Below, one piece after another: positions 1 to 10,000 of a stretch of DNA of 64,000 nucleotides. Position 1 is the first letter of the stretch. Each line of letters begins with the position of its first letter. The position numbers and the translations under genes are program-made. Source of the DNA: Candidatus Omnitrophota bacterium. Its GTDB lineage: Bacteria; Omnitrophota; Gorgyraeia; JAZDFF01. The notes below the pieces were generated by a model. The model was not told the origin of the DNA. It was given only the letters and a program-made list of their open reading frames with translations, and did not search any database. The stretch lies in the NCBI GenBank assembly GCA_043808095.1, contig JAZDFF010000024.1, positions 7,868 through 71,867 on the forward strand, in the 5' to 3' direction.

Positions 1-155
1 ATGGCCTTTCCCGTGTCATTTAGAGTAAATATCTCTTCGTCCAAACCCGCAGCAGCAGAAGTTATTGGCACGATAATAAACTCTCCATGGATTTCTCGGG
101 CAACTACGTCTTGAGAGGGTGCATAAACAGAATCAAGATTAACTTTTAATTCCAT
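1..155 (-). CDS. PqqD-family RiPP recognition element (RRE), 3' end outside window
   Basis: Manual translation from ATG at 155: MELKVNLDSVYAPSQDVVAREIHGEFIIVPITSAAAGLDEEIFTLNDTGKA, with the PqqD-like VxREIxGExIIVP...FTLNxTG pattern. SD AGGAGGTGA at 161-169. Overlaps the rSAM stop. Not in the ORF track. Confidence 0.85.
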   Translation of the reverse strand, partial: MELKVNLDSVYAPSQDVVAREIHGEFIIVPITSAAAGLDEEIFTLNDTGKA

Positions 156-1338
156 AACCATCACCTCCTGTAAAATTTTTTATCCTTTCCTTCCAATCCT
201 CTACTGTCCAAGCCATCTCTTTTTCTTTTAACAAACCCAGGTCCCTTGCTTGAGTATGAGCAAATTCACAGAGATATTCTACGGGCGTATCCAATTTACC
301 GTATTCCATCCAGGACTTGCCAGGACACTGTTCGCACAAACCCTTTAGAAAACAACGGGCACAACGGACAAGATACTCAGGATTGACAGCCTTTATTTCT
401 CTCACCCCAGGGAAGAAATTAGTTAAGGCATCTTTTAAAGATCCTTTCCTAAGATTATAAACCATATCAGGATGCCTGAGATAGATACAAGGCTGAAAGC
501 CTCCGTATGCATTAATGTAACCGCTCCTAATTCCTGAACCACAGGAAAAAAGCCTATCCCCCATAGGCCTAGTAAACCTAGAGCAGAAGATGCGCATTTC
601 ATCAATATACACTTTTCGTCTTCTGGTGAAAATCTTCAGCCCTTCCTTATGCGAAACCCTGAGTTTCTTTATTGCCTCATTCTTCTTTGTATCATCCTGC
701 CGACAGCGCAGGTTAAAAAACATGGAATACGACGGCGGCCCAGGCATCCAAGGGATAGTAGCTGCCCAGGCCTCAAATTCATCTATTTCATCTTTATTAC
801 TAGGCAAAACAGCGCCCTTGACAATAAAAGGAATCTTTTTCTCTAATAATAAATTTATACCACGCCAGGCAGCCTCAAATGAACCAGGTGTTCTGGTTAT
901 GGCTTCATATGAACTCTTCTTCATGCCATAGACCGAAACCTCCATCTTCCCCAAAGGAGGGATACAATAAAATAAATCTGCCAAATGCGGGGTAATCAAA
1001 GTAGCATTGGTAAAAATTGAAACTTTAAGCCCCTGTTTCCTGGCAAATATGTAGAGCTCCTCAAAATCCTCTCTTAAAAGCGGTTCTCCTCCGCTAAATC
1101 TGACTATAATACAGCCTAAGGAGGCTGCTTCCCTAAGGATGTCTTTTATCTCAACCTTAGAAAACTCTTTCTCCATTGCGCCTAGATCATCTTTTGGCAG
1201 ATTAATATAACAATGAATACAATTATTATTGCAACGTTCTGTAAGCTCGATATCCAGACTGCCTAAAAGCGGAAGCTTATCTTTCCATAAAGATACCTTA
1301 TCTATCCCTAATTCTTTAACGTAAGTCTTTCGTCCCAT
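139..1338 (-). CDS. Radical SAM/SPASM domain protein
   Basis: CNNNCIHC motif, SGGEPLLR, C-terminal SPASM cysteines (CGSG...QPC...CARCFLKGLCEQCP...C). Confidence 0.92.
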   Translation of the reverse strand: MGRKTYVKELGIDKVSLWKDKLPLLGSLDIELTERCNNNCIHCYINLPKDDLGAMEKEFSKVEIKDILREAASLGCIIVRFSGGEPLLREDFEELYIFARKQGLKVSIFTNATLITPHLADLFYCIPPLGKMEVSVYGMKKSSYEAITRTPGSFEAAWRGINLLLEKKIPFIVKGAVLPSNKDEIDEFEAWAATIPWMPGPPSYSMFFNLRCRQDDTKKNEAIKKLRVSHKEGLKIFTRRRKVYIDEMRIFCSRFTRPMGDRLFSCGSGIRSGYINAYGGFQPCIYLRHPDMVYNLRKGSLKDALTNFFPGVREIKAVNPEYLVRCARCFLKGLCEQCPGKSWMEYGKLDTPVEYLCEFAHTQARDLGLLKEKEMAWTVEDWKERIKNFTGGDGYGIKS

Positions 1339-1523
1339 TATAGAAACTTCTATATCTCGTTTTAAAAAACAACAATACCATTATTATAGCCCTGGCAACT
1401 AATCATTATCATCTGTTTGTGTTAAACAAAAAGTATTCTGAACTGTTATATGAGCTTAGTCAGAAACCTAATTTTGTTTACGTTTACCCTAAGGGCTAAA
1501 AATTAAAGGTAACCAAATAATGG

Positions 1524-1721
1524 TTAAGAATCCGTAAGAGTATTGCATTTCTCGCACGACTCAATACCCAATATGCCCATACAGTCTCCTATTGAACCGG
1601 TCGCACTGATGGAAAGGGCTGCAGTTTGGTTATCACGTTTACATCTAGCAAGAATCGCCTCTGCGGGATTTCCTCTTACCAACACAATTAAGTGCGGCTT
1701 CTTCCATTTTTTCTTCTTCAT
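1524..1721 (-). CDS. Putative RiPP precursor peptide (65 aa)
   Basis: Leader KKWKKPHLIVL matches the (Y/W)xxPxL RRE-binding motif. Four Cys and a Ser/Thr/Gly-rich core. SD AGGAGGTGA upstream. Lies between two rSAM genes. Confidence 0.8.
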   Translation of the reverse strand: MKKKKWKKPHLIVLVRGNPAEAILARCKRDNQTAALSISATGSIGDCMGILGIESCEKCNTLTDS

Positions 1722-1788
1722 ACTCTATCACCTCCTGTCATTAATTATCTCACCTTTTTCTATTTTCCTCAACTTCCTTTGGTCCCTT

Positions 1789-3744
1789 TCATAAACGCTT
1801 CAGTACGTCTACTACCCTGTCACTCTTGTTAAAATAAAGCCTATAACAAGGAGTCTCGCTAGACAGTCTATCTATAAGCGAAAGTGTCTTCTCCCACCAA
1901 TCAACGGTGGCAAATGGTTTTATCAGACAACTCAGTATCCTATTGGTTATTTCTTTTTTATTATCAATGGTTATTAGCCGATTTTCTTCTGACTTCTCCA
2001 AGAATAATATAGCCTTTAAAGGAGCGGAATTTCCTGAAACATCATGAACATCCCCATGGCTCCAGGTTCCATAAATTTTAAAACCGCGATGAAGTCTTCT
2101 TATAATCATACGCTCATCGCAAAGTATCTCGGCCTCGCCTTTAAGTATTGTGGCCATAGTAGATTTGCCTGCCTCAGAATGACCCACAAAAAGCAATCCC
2201 TTGCCATCAAGATTCACGCCACAGGAGTGAAGATAGCATCCCTGTCTATCAGCTAAAATTTGCGCCAAGAGTAACTGATCAGTAGGAAAAAGGGTAAGGG
2301 AATGCAGATTACCCTTCAAAAATGACTCATCTTTTTCATTGTATATCCTGGCCCTGGTGTAATCATGGTTAAATACAGCTACCTGATGAAAACCATTGTC
2401 TTTTGTAGCAGGAGAGATTCCCAGGTAGATCCAGGAGTCGTCTTTTTTATATATGGCCCAGGGTGGAGTGCGATAAACCTCCATACCTAAGTCCTGCCTG
2501 TTCAAATCAGGAAGACAAAAATGATGCTTTACGGTGATAACTTCCTCTCCCGAATCATCCACCGCAAAATTCCTAAATTTTTGATGAAAAGTAGTATCGG
2601 TTATGGGCAAATCGGATTCTAGTTGGATGGTAATATCGGCAATTCTAAAGTAACGTCGGTGGTCTTTCTTGTAGTTATCTTTGAACTTCTTATTCTCCTT
2701 TGCCACATCGCAGAGATATTCAACTTTGGCTGAGAATCTATGGTGCTCCAAATAGCCATACACCGGACACCATCTACAATCATTCCTTAGCTCGCAAGAA
2801 CCGCAATTTTCAAGATATACTTTTGTAACTTTATTTTTTTTTGCTAAAGAAGGAATAAACTCCTCCCAGCCTTCCTTAAAACTACCCTTTCTTAAGTCAT
2901 AACGAAAAGTAGAATCCTTAATAAAAGGACAGAAGCTCATCTGGCCATAAGGGTCTATATGAAAATCGCGTCTATTGGCTATGCAAGAGGCAAAGAAATA
3001 ATCATTTTTAGCCTGGCTATCGAAGTATTGTTCTGTCTTTTGCGCCACCCGATATTCATAAGACAAATCTGGGTTGTCAATCTCTATTACCTCTTCAGGA
3101 GTAAGCCTTTGTTGAATTATTTCGCTATTTATTTCCGGGACACCGCAAGACGAGAGATAGAACCAAGAAGCGCTAAACCTATAATCAGGGCTTAAGGACT
3201 TAGCTAAATCAATCATCCCCTGAAGTTGATGGTAATTATCCCTCATTGGGATAAGCTGGACAATAAAACCTACTCCTGCTTCCTTTAAATAATTCAGGCC
3301 CCGCATAGTTGCTTCGAACGAACCAGGGTTACGGGTGATATGGTCATGTACTCCAGGAATTGCGCCATAGAGAGCAACCATCTTAGACCCTTTTCTTTTC
3401 ATCAGCCGAGCGATTTCAGGAGTAATCAAAGTACCGTTGGTATTTATAGAATAGGAATTAAAATTACTGGTAAGATAATCAAAAATCGCGGGAAAATCTG
3501 GCCTTAGCATTGGTTCACCGCCAGACATAGACCATCGACGACAACCCATAATTTTGGCCTCATCCACTATTCCTTTTATCTCATCAAAGGACATCTCTTT
3601 TTTCTTTTCTTCAGAATCGGAAGGAATCCTTAACCAGCAGTGCCGACAATTATTGTTACAGCGATAGGTAAGGTCAACGCTTCCTTCAAGTGGAAGGCGT
3701 GGTAAGATATTCGTTTTCTTTATTTGAAGATAATCCTCGGCCAT
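1789..3744 (-). CDS. Radical SAM/SPASM enzyme fused to a C-terminal HPr-kinase-like P-loop domain
   Basis: CNNNCRHC, SGGEPMLR, SPASM CGSCELRNDCRWCP. C-terminal LHSCGV...GLLFVGHSEAGKSTMA (Walker A) and ILCDE. Confidence 0.88.
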   Translation of the reverse strand: MAEDYLQIKKTNILPRLPLEGSVDLTYRCNNNCRHCWLRIPSDSEEKKKEMSFDEIKGIVDEAKIMGCRRWSMSGGEPMLRPDFPAIFDYLTSNFNSYSINTNGTLITPEIARLMKRKGSKMVALYGAIPGVHDHITRNPGSFEATMRGLNYLKEAGVGFIVQLIPMRDNYHQLQGMIDLAKSLSPDYRFSASWFYLSSCGVPEINSEIIQQRLTPEEVIEIDNPDLSYEYRVAQKTEQYFDSQAKNDYFFASCIANRRDFHIDPYGQMSFCPFIKDSTFRYDLRKGSFKEGWEEFIPSLAKKNKVTKVYLENCGSCELRNDCRWCPVYGYLEHHRFSAKVEYLCDVAKENKKFKDNYKKDHRRYFRIADITIQLESDLPITDTTFHQKFRNFAVDDSGEEVITVKHHFCLPDLNRQDLGMEVYRTPPWAIYKKDDSWIYLGISPATKDNGFHQVAVFNHDYTRARIYNEKDESFLKGNLHSLTLFPTDQLLLAQILADRQGCYLHSCGVNLDGKGLLFVGHSEAGKSTMATILKGEAEILCDERMIIRRLHRGFKIYGTWSHGDVHDVSGNSAPLKAILFLEKSEENRLITIDNKKEITNRILSCLIKPFATVDWWEKTLSLIDRLSSETPCYRLYFNKSDRVVDVLKRL

Positions 3745-3786
3745 TGATATTATTTATCTCTGGAACAACCTTGTAATTCCTAAAAT

Positions 3787-4917
3787 TTGTGTTATTCTAA
3801 TACCAAAATGCTGAATTTAACCAATTCTAAAGAATCAAACTTAATCTTTCTTCTTAGCCGTATAAATCTTAATCACGCTCAATTACAAGAAGCACAACTC
3901 CTTATTGATGCTAAATTTAACTGGAGAGAATTCTTCAAAAAAGCCTACCTCTTAGACATTTATCCTCTTTTATATTATAACCTCAAAAGCATATTTGATG
4001 CAAGTAAAACCTTCCCTGCAGAAATCTATTCACGTATTAAAGTCAGTTATCAATTCAATCTGGCAAATAATCTTAAACTCTGGACCGAGTTTTTACGTGT
4101 AAAGAACCAATTTAATAACATTGATATAAATCATATTCCTTTAAAAGGCATGATCTTTATCCATAGCCTCTATTCTAAATTTGGCTTAAGGTGCCTTAGT
4201 GATATTGATATACTCATAAAAGAAAATGACATATCTGCCTGTGAAAAGCAACTCATCAAGCTAGGGTATCAAAAAGAGAAATTTGTTTCCTTAGCTTACA
4301 GACAAAAATTCCATTGCCACTATTCTTTCTTTAATCCTGACAAAAAAATCATGCTTGAACTGCATTGGGCTTTTGCCCCACCCAGGCCTCGGGTAATTGA
4401 CTTAACCGAAGTCTGGCAAAGAACTAAAATCCAAGTATTCGATAATCAGCAGGTTCTGACTTTAAGTGCCGAGGATACTTTGCTTTCCTTATGCATAAAT
4501 CTTTGCTGCAATATCCCTAACTTACAATTTATTCCTTTTAAAAATTTAGTAGATATCAATGAGCTAATCTCGCAATACAAACAAAATCTAGACTTCAATT
4601 ACATCAAAGATAAACTAGTCCAATGGAAATTGAAAGGTGCTTTTTATTATCTTTATTTTCTCACCCGCTCTTACCTCGACACTCCCTGGCCAGAAGATTT
4701 TATCTCTCAGATTACTATACCGCCATTACAAAAAAGAGCCTTAAGCCTGTATCCTCTAACCCTGAAAAAGAGGTCTCAGCTCCAAGCGATAATTCTAATG
4801 TTCTTGATGCTAAGCAATTTACGCGATGTCTCAAAACTTATCTTAGCAATATCTTCTCAGACCCTCTCTATATTTATCCAAAATAAAAAACTATTTTCCT
4901 ACTATTTAAAAAGATAA
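3787..4917 (+). CDS. Nucleotidyltransferase family protein (NTP_transf_5-like); likely start ATG 3808
   Basis: IPLKG, RxxSDIDILI, LELHW and later DI motifs typical of this family. Confidence 0.85.
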   Translation: MCYSNTKMLNLTNSKESNLIFLLSRINLNHAQLQEAQLLIDAKFNWREFFKKAYLLDIYPLLYYNLKSIFDASKTFPAEIYSRIKVSYQFNLANNLKLWTEFLRVKNQFNNIDINHIPLKGMIFIHSLYSKFGLRCLSDIDILIKENDISACEKQLIKLGYQKEKFVSLAYRQKFHCHYSFFNPDKKIMLELHWAFAPPRPRVIDLTEVWQRTKIQVFDNQQVLTLSAEDTLLSLCINLCCNIPNLQFIPFKNLVDINELISQYKQNLDFNYIKDKLVQWKLKGAFYYLYFLTRSYLDTPWPEDFISQITIPPLQKRALSLYPLTLKKRSQLQAIILMFLMLSNLRDVSKLILAISSQTLSIFIQNKKLFSYYLKR

Positions 4918-5987
4918 TATGCATTATTAATCAATAATCCAAATGTCCTTAATAAAATCTTAAAATCTAAAGCCACCGATTGATTATTGATATAGTAAAG
5001 GTCGTATTCTAAATTTGCTAATATGGGCTGTTTAGTCTGCCCGCTTATCTGCCACAGGCCGGTTATACCGGGTTTAACCAGGAGTCTTTGTTTATGTACT
5101 TCGGCATAATTTTTGACAATAAAAGGCATCTCCGGCCGAGGCCCCACCAAAGACATATCTCCTTTTAAGACATTAAAAATCTGGGGTAATTCATCAAGGC
5201 CTGTCTTGCGTAAAAATCTGCCGGTTCTTGTAATTCTCGGGTCATCGTCTTTAGGCTTTGTCTCATAAATAGGCGAAGAGGCTTCCATAGTGCGGAATTT
5301 ATAGAGCGTAAACTCCCTACCATCTCTGCCTACCCTTTTCTGTCTAAATATAGACGAGCCAGGTGAATCCATCTTTATAAGAAGGATTAATAATAAAATT
5401 AAAGGAAGCATTAAAAATAAAATTAGCAACGAAATAACAATATCAGCGCTCCTCTTAAACAAGTTATATAATTTTATAGGAATTATTTCTGGTGCCTCAA
5501 TTGCACGGATTAAGTATCTTCGTATTATGAGAAACCAAGGCGCATAAAGCGAAAATAGTGAAATTAGATAATTATTAAAACGGCCTAAACCATCTTCTAA
5601 ATCGATAATCTTGCCATCATTTTCTATTCTTATCACTTTACCCAAAATATAATCTTTGGATTCTATGGGCGAATCTGTAGTTCTCCCAAGGTTGTTATCC
5701 CCTTTAGTAAACAATACAAATGATTCATTATGGTTTATTTTTTTAACTAAGCGATGAATTATCATTTTCTTATTACTAATATTCTGACAGGCAATAATAT
5801 CGCCGATTTTCGTATCTTTATAATCAATTGCCTTAATAATTACATATTCGCCATTTTTTATGGTCGGATGCATACTCCAACCTAAGGCTTTTAGCCTAAC
5901 ATTGACACCGCTCTTGAGTAAATCCGAAAATACTTCTCTAAAGATCTCTTCGCAATGCGCAGTATCTTTATCATCTATGACCAACAT
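4902..5987 (-). CDS. S24/S26 signal-peptidase-like domain fused to a bacterial sugar (phosphoglycosyl) transferase domain
   Basis: N-terminus GWSMHP...GDII...IIHR...TKGDNN. C-terminus KRSADI...FRQKRVG...YKFRTM...LDELPQ..NVLKGDMSLVGPRP...KPGITGLWQ...YDLYYI. Confidence 0.9.
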   Translation of the reverse strand: MLVIDDKDTAHCEEIFREVFSDLLKSGVNVRLKALGWSMHPTIKNGEYVIIKAIDYKDTKIGDIIACQNISNKKMIIHRLVKKINHNESFVLFTKGDNNLGRTTDSPIESKDYILGKVIRIENDGKIIDLEDGLGRFNNYLISLFSLYAPWFLIIRRYLIRAIEAPEIIPIKLYNLFKRSADIVISLLILFLMLPLILLLILLIKMDSPGSSIFRQKRVGRDGREFTLYKFRTMEASSPIYETKPKDDDPRITRTGRFLRKTGLDELPQIFNVLKGDMSLVGPRPEMPFIVKNYAEVHKQRLLVKPGITGLWQISGQTKQPILANLEYDLYYINNQSVALDFKILLRTFGLLINNAYYLFK

Positions 5988-6982
5988 ATAGGCCTCGTAT
6001 TATTATCTAAATTTTTGCTTAAATTCTTTAATTTTATCTTTATAGCCTTTCTTTTTTCTAAAGCTATTTTTAGATATCCGAAAATACGTGGAATTTTTAA
6101 AATAAGCCTTGGCCTAAATAATAAGATATAGCTCCAGAGCTTAAACTCGTAGAATAATACATTGCCTAAACAAGAGATAAAATCTTTTAGTGTATCATTT
6201 TTTATCATCGTTATATAACGGTTCTTTAAAAGATGAAACTGCAGGTCTTCTGATAGATGCGGGAAATAATATCTTCTAAGGCATTCGATATTGGGGGGCT
6301 CGGTTTTAGCTGTTGCTCCTCTTATGTGATAAGCGACAGCCTTCGGGTTATAAAATGCCTTAAAGCCGAAGCGATTTGCCCGCCAGTTAAGGTCTAGGTC
6401 TTCAAGAAACATCCCGTAGGCTGAATCAAAATATTCGCCATCAATTTTTAACATCTCAAGCATCTCTTTCTTATAAAGAGCTGCTACTGCCCCAACGCCA
6501 AAGACATATCCGGGTTCATTAAATTGGCCGTTATTAATCTCCCCAAAACCGCGTTCTTTTGCTGTTCTATCCCCAGAAAGAATCTGGCCGCAAGAATCAA
6601 TTGATTTTCCATCACGACTTAAAATTCTTCCTGTCGCCATTCCGATTTCACTATTTTTTTCAATTGTCTCTACTAATTCTTCTATGTAACATTTTTCTAA
6701 GACTGTGTCATTATTTAAAGACAGGATGTAATCACCATTTGCCTCTTTTATGCCCTGGTTCTGGGCAGAAGAAAATAACCTATTTTCATTATTAACAATC
6801 AATTTTACGAAAGGATAATCAGATTTTAAGATCTCAACGCTTCCATCGCTAGAAGAATTATCTATAACAATTATTTCAATATTTTTATAACTCTGCCTTG
6901 ATACTGAATCCAGGCAACGCCTCAAATATTCTTTTCTGTTAAAATTAACTATTATGACGGATACTGGCTTGTTCTGTTTCAT
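5975..6982 (-). CDS. Glycosyltransferase family 2
   Basis: VSVIIVNFN, IDNSSSDGS, LNNDT, EDLDLNWR. Confidence 0.92.
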   Translation of the reverse strand: MKQNKPVSVIIVNFNRKEYLRRCLDSVSRQSYKNIEIIVIDNSSSDGSVEILKSDYPFVKLIVNNENRLFSSAQNQGIKEANGDYILSLNNDTVLEKCYIEELVETIEKNSEIGMATGRILSRDGKSIDSCGQILSGDRTAKERGFGEINNGQFNEPGYVFGVGAVAALYKKEMLEMLKIDGEYFDSAYGMFLEDLDLNWRANRFGFKAFYNPKAVAYHIRGATAKTEPPNIECLRRYYFPHLSEDLQFHLLKNRYITMIKNDTLKDFISCLGNVLFYEFKLWSYILLFRPRLILKIPRIFGYLKIALEKRKAIKIKLKNLSKNLDNNTRPICWS

Positions 6983-7009
6983 TTTGTTACCAACAAAGGA
7001 AACTGTTTG

Positions 7010-10000
7010 TTAAATAACCGAGTGCTCAATAATCTTATCATTATGCAAGATCAAACTTTCATACAATAGTTCCATCTGGGAGGATATTCCCTTGGAATCA
7101 TAAAATCTATCGATTACACCCCTGGCTTTTTCAGCTAAACCATTTTGGCTTAAACCGTTATTTAATATGCCTATGACCGTGTCGGAGAATTTTCCGGGCG
7201 TATCACCTATATAAACAGGATCTTCGGGCTCTATCTTTAAACCTTTGACTGACTGGCTGGTGGCAACTACGGGTATGCCCATAGCCAGGGCCTCTAAAAT
7301 CTTTACCTTAAGGCCCGCGCCTTTGCGTATGGGAGAAACTAATAATTTTGATCTTGCCAGGTAGGGTCTAACATCATCTACCTCGCCGACTATACGGATA
7401 TTCTTATCATCCTTTATTTTCTCTAAATCAATACTACCCATATTGGAGCCTATAATATGGAAATTTACCCCGGGCATTTTGCTTTTGATTAAGGGGAATA
7501 TTTTATCACAGAAATATAACAGCCCGTCGACATTGGGATAATGTAACATATGGCCTACGAACAAAATATCTATGCTTTTGTTAATATCTTTAGGCAACTG
7601 GTATGAGGCAAGATCAATGCCAATTGGGATGACAGAGATTTTGTCTGGAGACACTGCTCTTCTGGCGATTTTACGGTCCTCCTCTGTAAAGGTAACTATC
7701 TTATCGAAATAAAGATAAATCCGCTTCTGGAAAAGTACCCAATTCAACCAATCGAAAAACCGGAAAATCCTTCCGAAGGCAGGTTTTTCGTAAGAATTGC
7801 TCAGGGTATAAATACTCGTATCGTGTTCAACGAGAATTTTGGGGATATTTGGGATAAATTTTGCATAATAAGCCATGTTAGCGTATTCAATCTGGACTAA
7901 ATCTATACGATAGTCATTAAGGCAGCTCTTGATAAGGCCTGCCATCTCCTTTGCATAAAAGTATTTTATGAAGGCGGGAAGTGTCACCTTATTAAACACG
8001 CTATGCCAGGTGGGACGCCGTAAAACAGTGAAAACCTTTTTGCATAACTTGTTTAATTCTGGAATATGTCTTTCCTGATCCTGGTTTTCAATAAAGGAAA
8101 CTAAGATAATTTCATATTTATCCCTTAAACTCTTCAGTGAATTATACATCTTGATTTGGCCGCCGGACTTTAAGGGATAGGGTAAAAACGGAGTAATGAA
8201 CATGATTGTCGGTTTAGAAGATATATCTTGATTGTCATTATATTTAAAATCCTGATAAATTTCTTGAGAATTATGGAATATCTCTTTATCCGTCTTAAGA
8301 TAATAGCTCCTGTTATAGAATCTCCGGCTTAAGGCTTTCGTCAAACTACCCAAGGTCATGAAATAACCTCTTAACATAGCCTTTTTTTCGCTCTTAAGGC
8401 TAAAATATAACGGGAAGAGCAGGAAATGTTTTAAAACCAAATCTAAATCAGTAATATTTTTCCAGGTAAACAATAATTCATTTTTTACTTCGATAGAGCG
8501 GGAAAATGAACCAATGGTCCCATGCATTTTATGAAACATTAAGCTTTTTGGTTCATATATTACGCTAAAACCCATCTTTTGCGCTCTGTATGATATATCA
8601 ATATCCTCCCAGCTATAAGGCTCAAAGATATTATCAAAACCACCTAAGGCCAAAAATTCTTCTTTCAAAAAACAGGCTGCGCAACCCACGGCAAACATAG
8701 TTGACGAAGGGCTTTGGATATAAGGCGTAGCTGACACATCTTTTTCATTCCAAATATGGATATATCCATAATTAAAATCACCAAAAAAGTTGCCGTTGAT
8801 AAAGGTTTTTCTATCCCAGGCATAGAGTCTCGGACTAACAGCAAAAGTATTCTTATTTTTTAAATGGTTTATCAGATGTCCTAATGAATCTTCAGTAACA
8901 ATAATATCGTTATTTAATAAGATAATTATCTCGTTCTTTGCTTGGCCTATACCGATATTACAACTTTTGCCGAAACCCAGATTCTTCTCGTTAGAAATTA
9001 TCCTAACGCGAGGAAAATAAATCCTTAGATAGCTGGCTGTCTCGTCGCAACTGGCATCATCGACAACCAGGATCTCATTTCCAAAATCAGCCTTAAATTC
9101 CTTAGTTTTATATATTGACGACAGGCATTCCTTAAGATACTCCAGACCATTATAAGAAGGAATGACTACACTAATCTTTGATCCGGTTTCGGTTTTTCTT
9201 CCAGGTTTAGGAGGTATTTGCTTAATACTAAATAACTTCACCAATCTCCAAAGAATGCCTTCGGCAAGGAAAATTAACGCCAATAAAAAAGAAATAGGAT
9301 ATAGCAATAGAGCGAACAATAAACATACCGGCTGTGAAATATTTTTTACAGAATTATTCAAAAAGTTTCGAGTACTCAAAATCAAAGTCCATAATGGTCG
9401 CAGGACAAATCTAAATCCTTCTGAGGAATAAATGTCATTTAACTCTTTTAGTTTCTGGCTAAGAGTCTCCCGGGTTTCAATAAGCGCGGACCTTACGAGA
9501 TCTACTTCTTTTATCCTTTGTTCTAATTGAAATTTAGTTTGCAAAAGTACGGTCTTTAAAGAAACGAATTCTTTGTCTTTCTCAGAAATACTCTTTATGC
9601 ACTCTTTTATATTTTTTTCTTTAGCTAATATTTCCTTGATTAGAAAATTACTCTCAGAATTGTTAATCTTCTTTAATTCTAAGAAAATCTCATCTAAAAT
9701 ATTTTTTATATCTTCATTTTTATTATGTTTAACTAATTTAAAAATCACTTCGGGTAGAATCTGGAAAATTTTTCCGGTATGCTCTAGATGTTTACGACAG
9801 CTAAAATATCCCTTGCCAAAAAGGACTCCAGCTAAATTCTTAGGATAATGTTTGGCAACAAAAAACAATCTGTTGCGCTCTATGTAAAATTGAGAAAACT
9901 CATCACTTGCTGTTCCGTGAAAGGCATGATAAATCATACTTTCGGGTACGAATACGACCTTAAAACCTTCGTCTTTTATCCTTTTTGCCATATCCACGTC

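Noticed and set aside
1339-1523. Second precursor peptide or terminator between precursor and rSAM
   Set aside because: No SD-led ORF with a leader motif found, only a weak hairpin and an isolated TATAAT.
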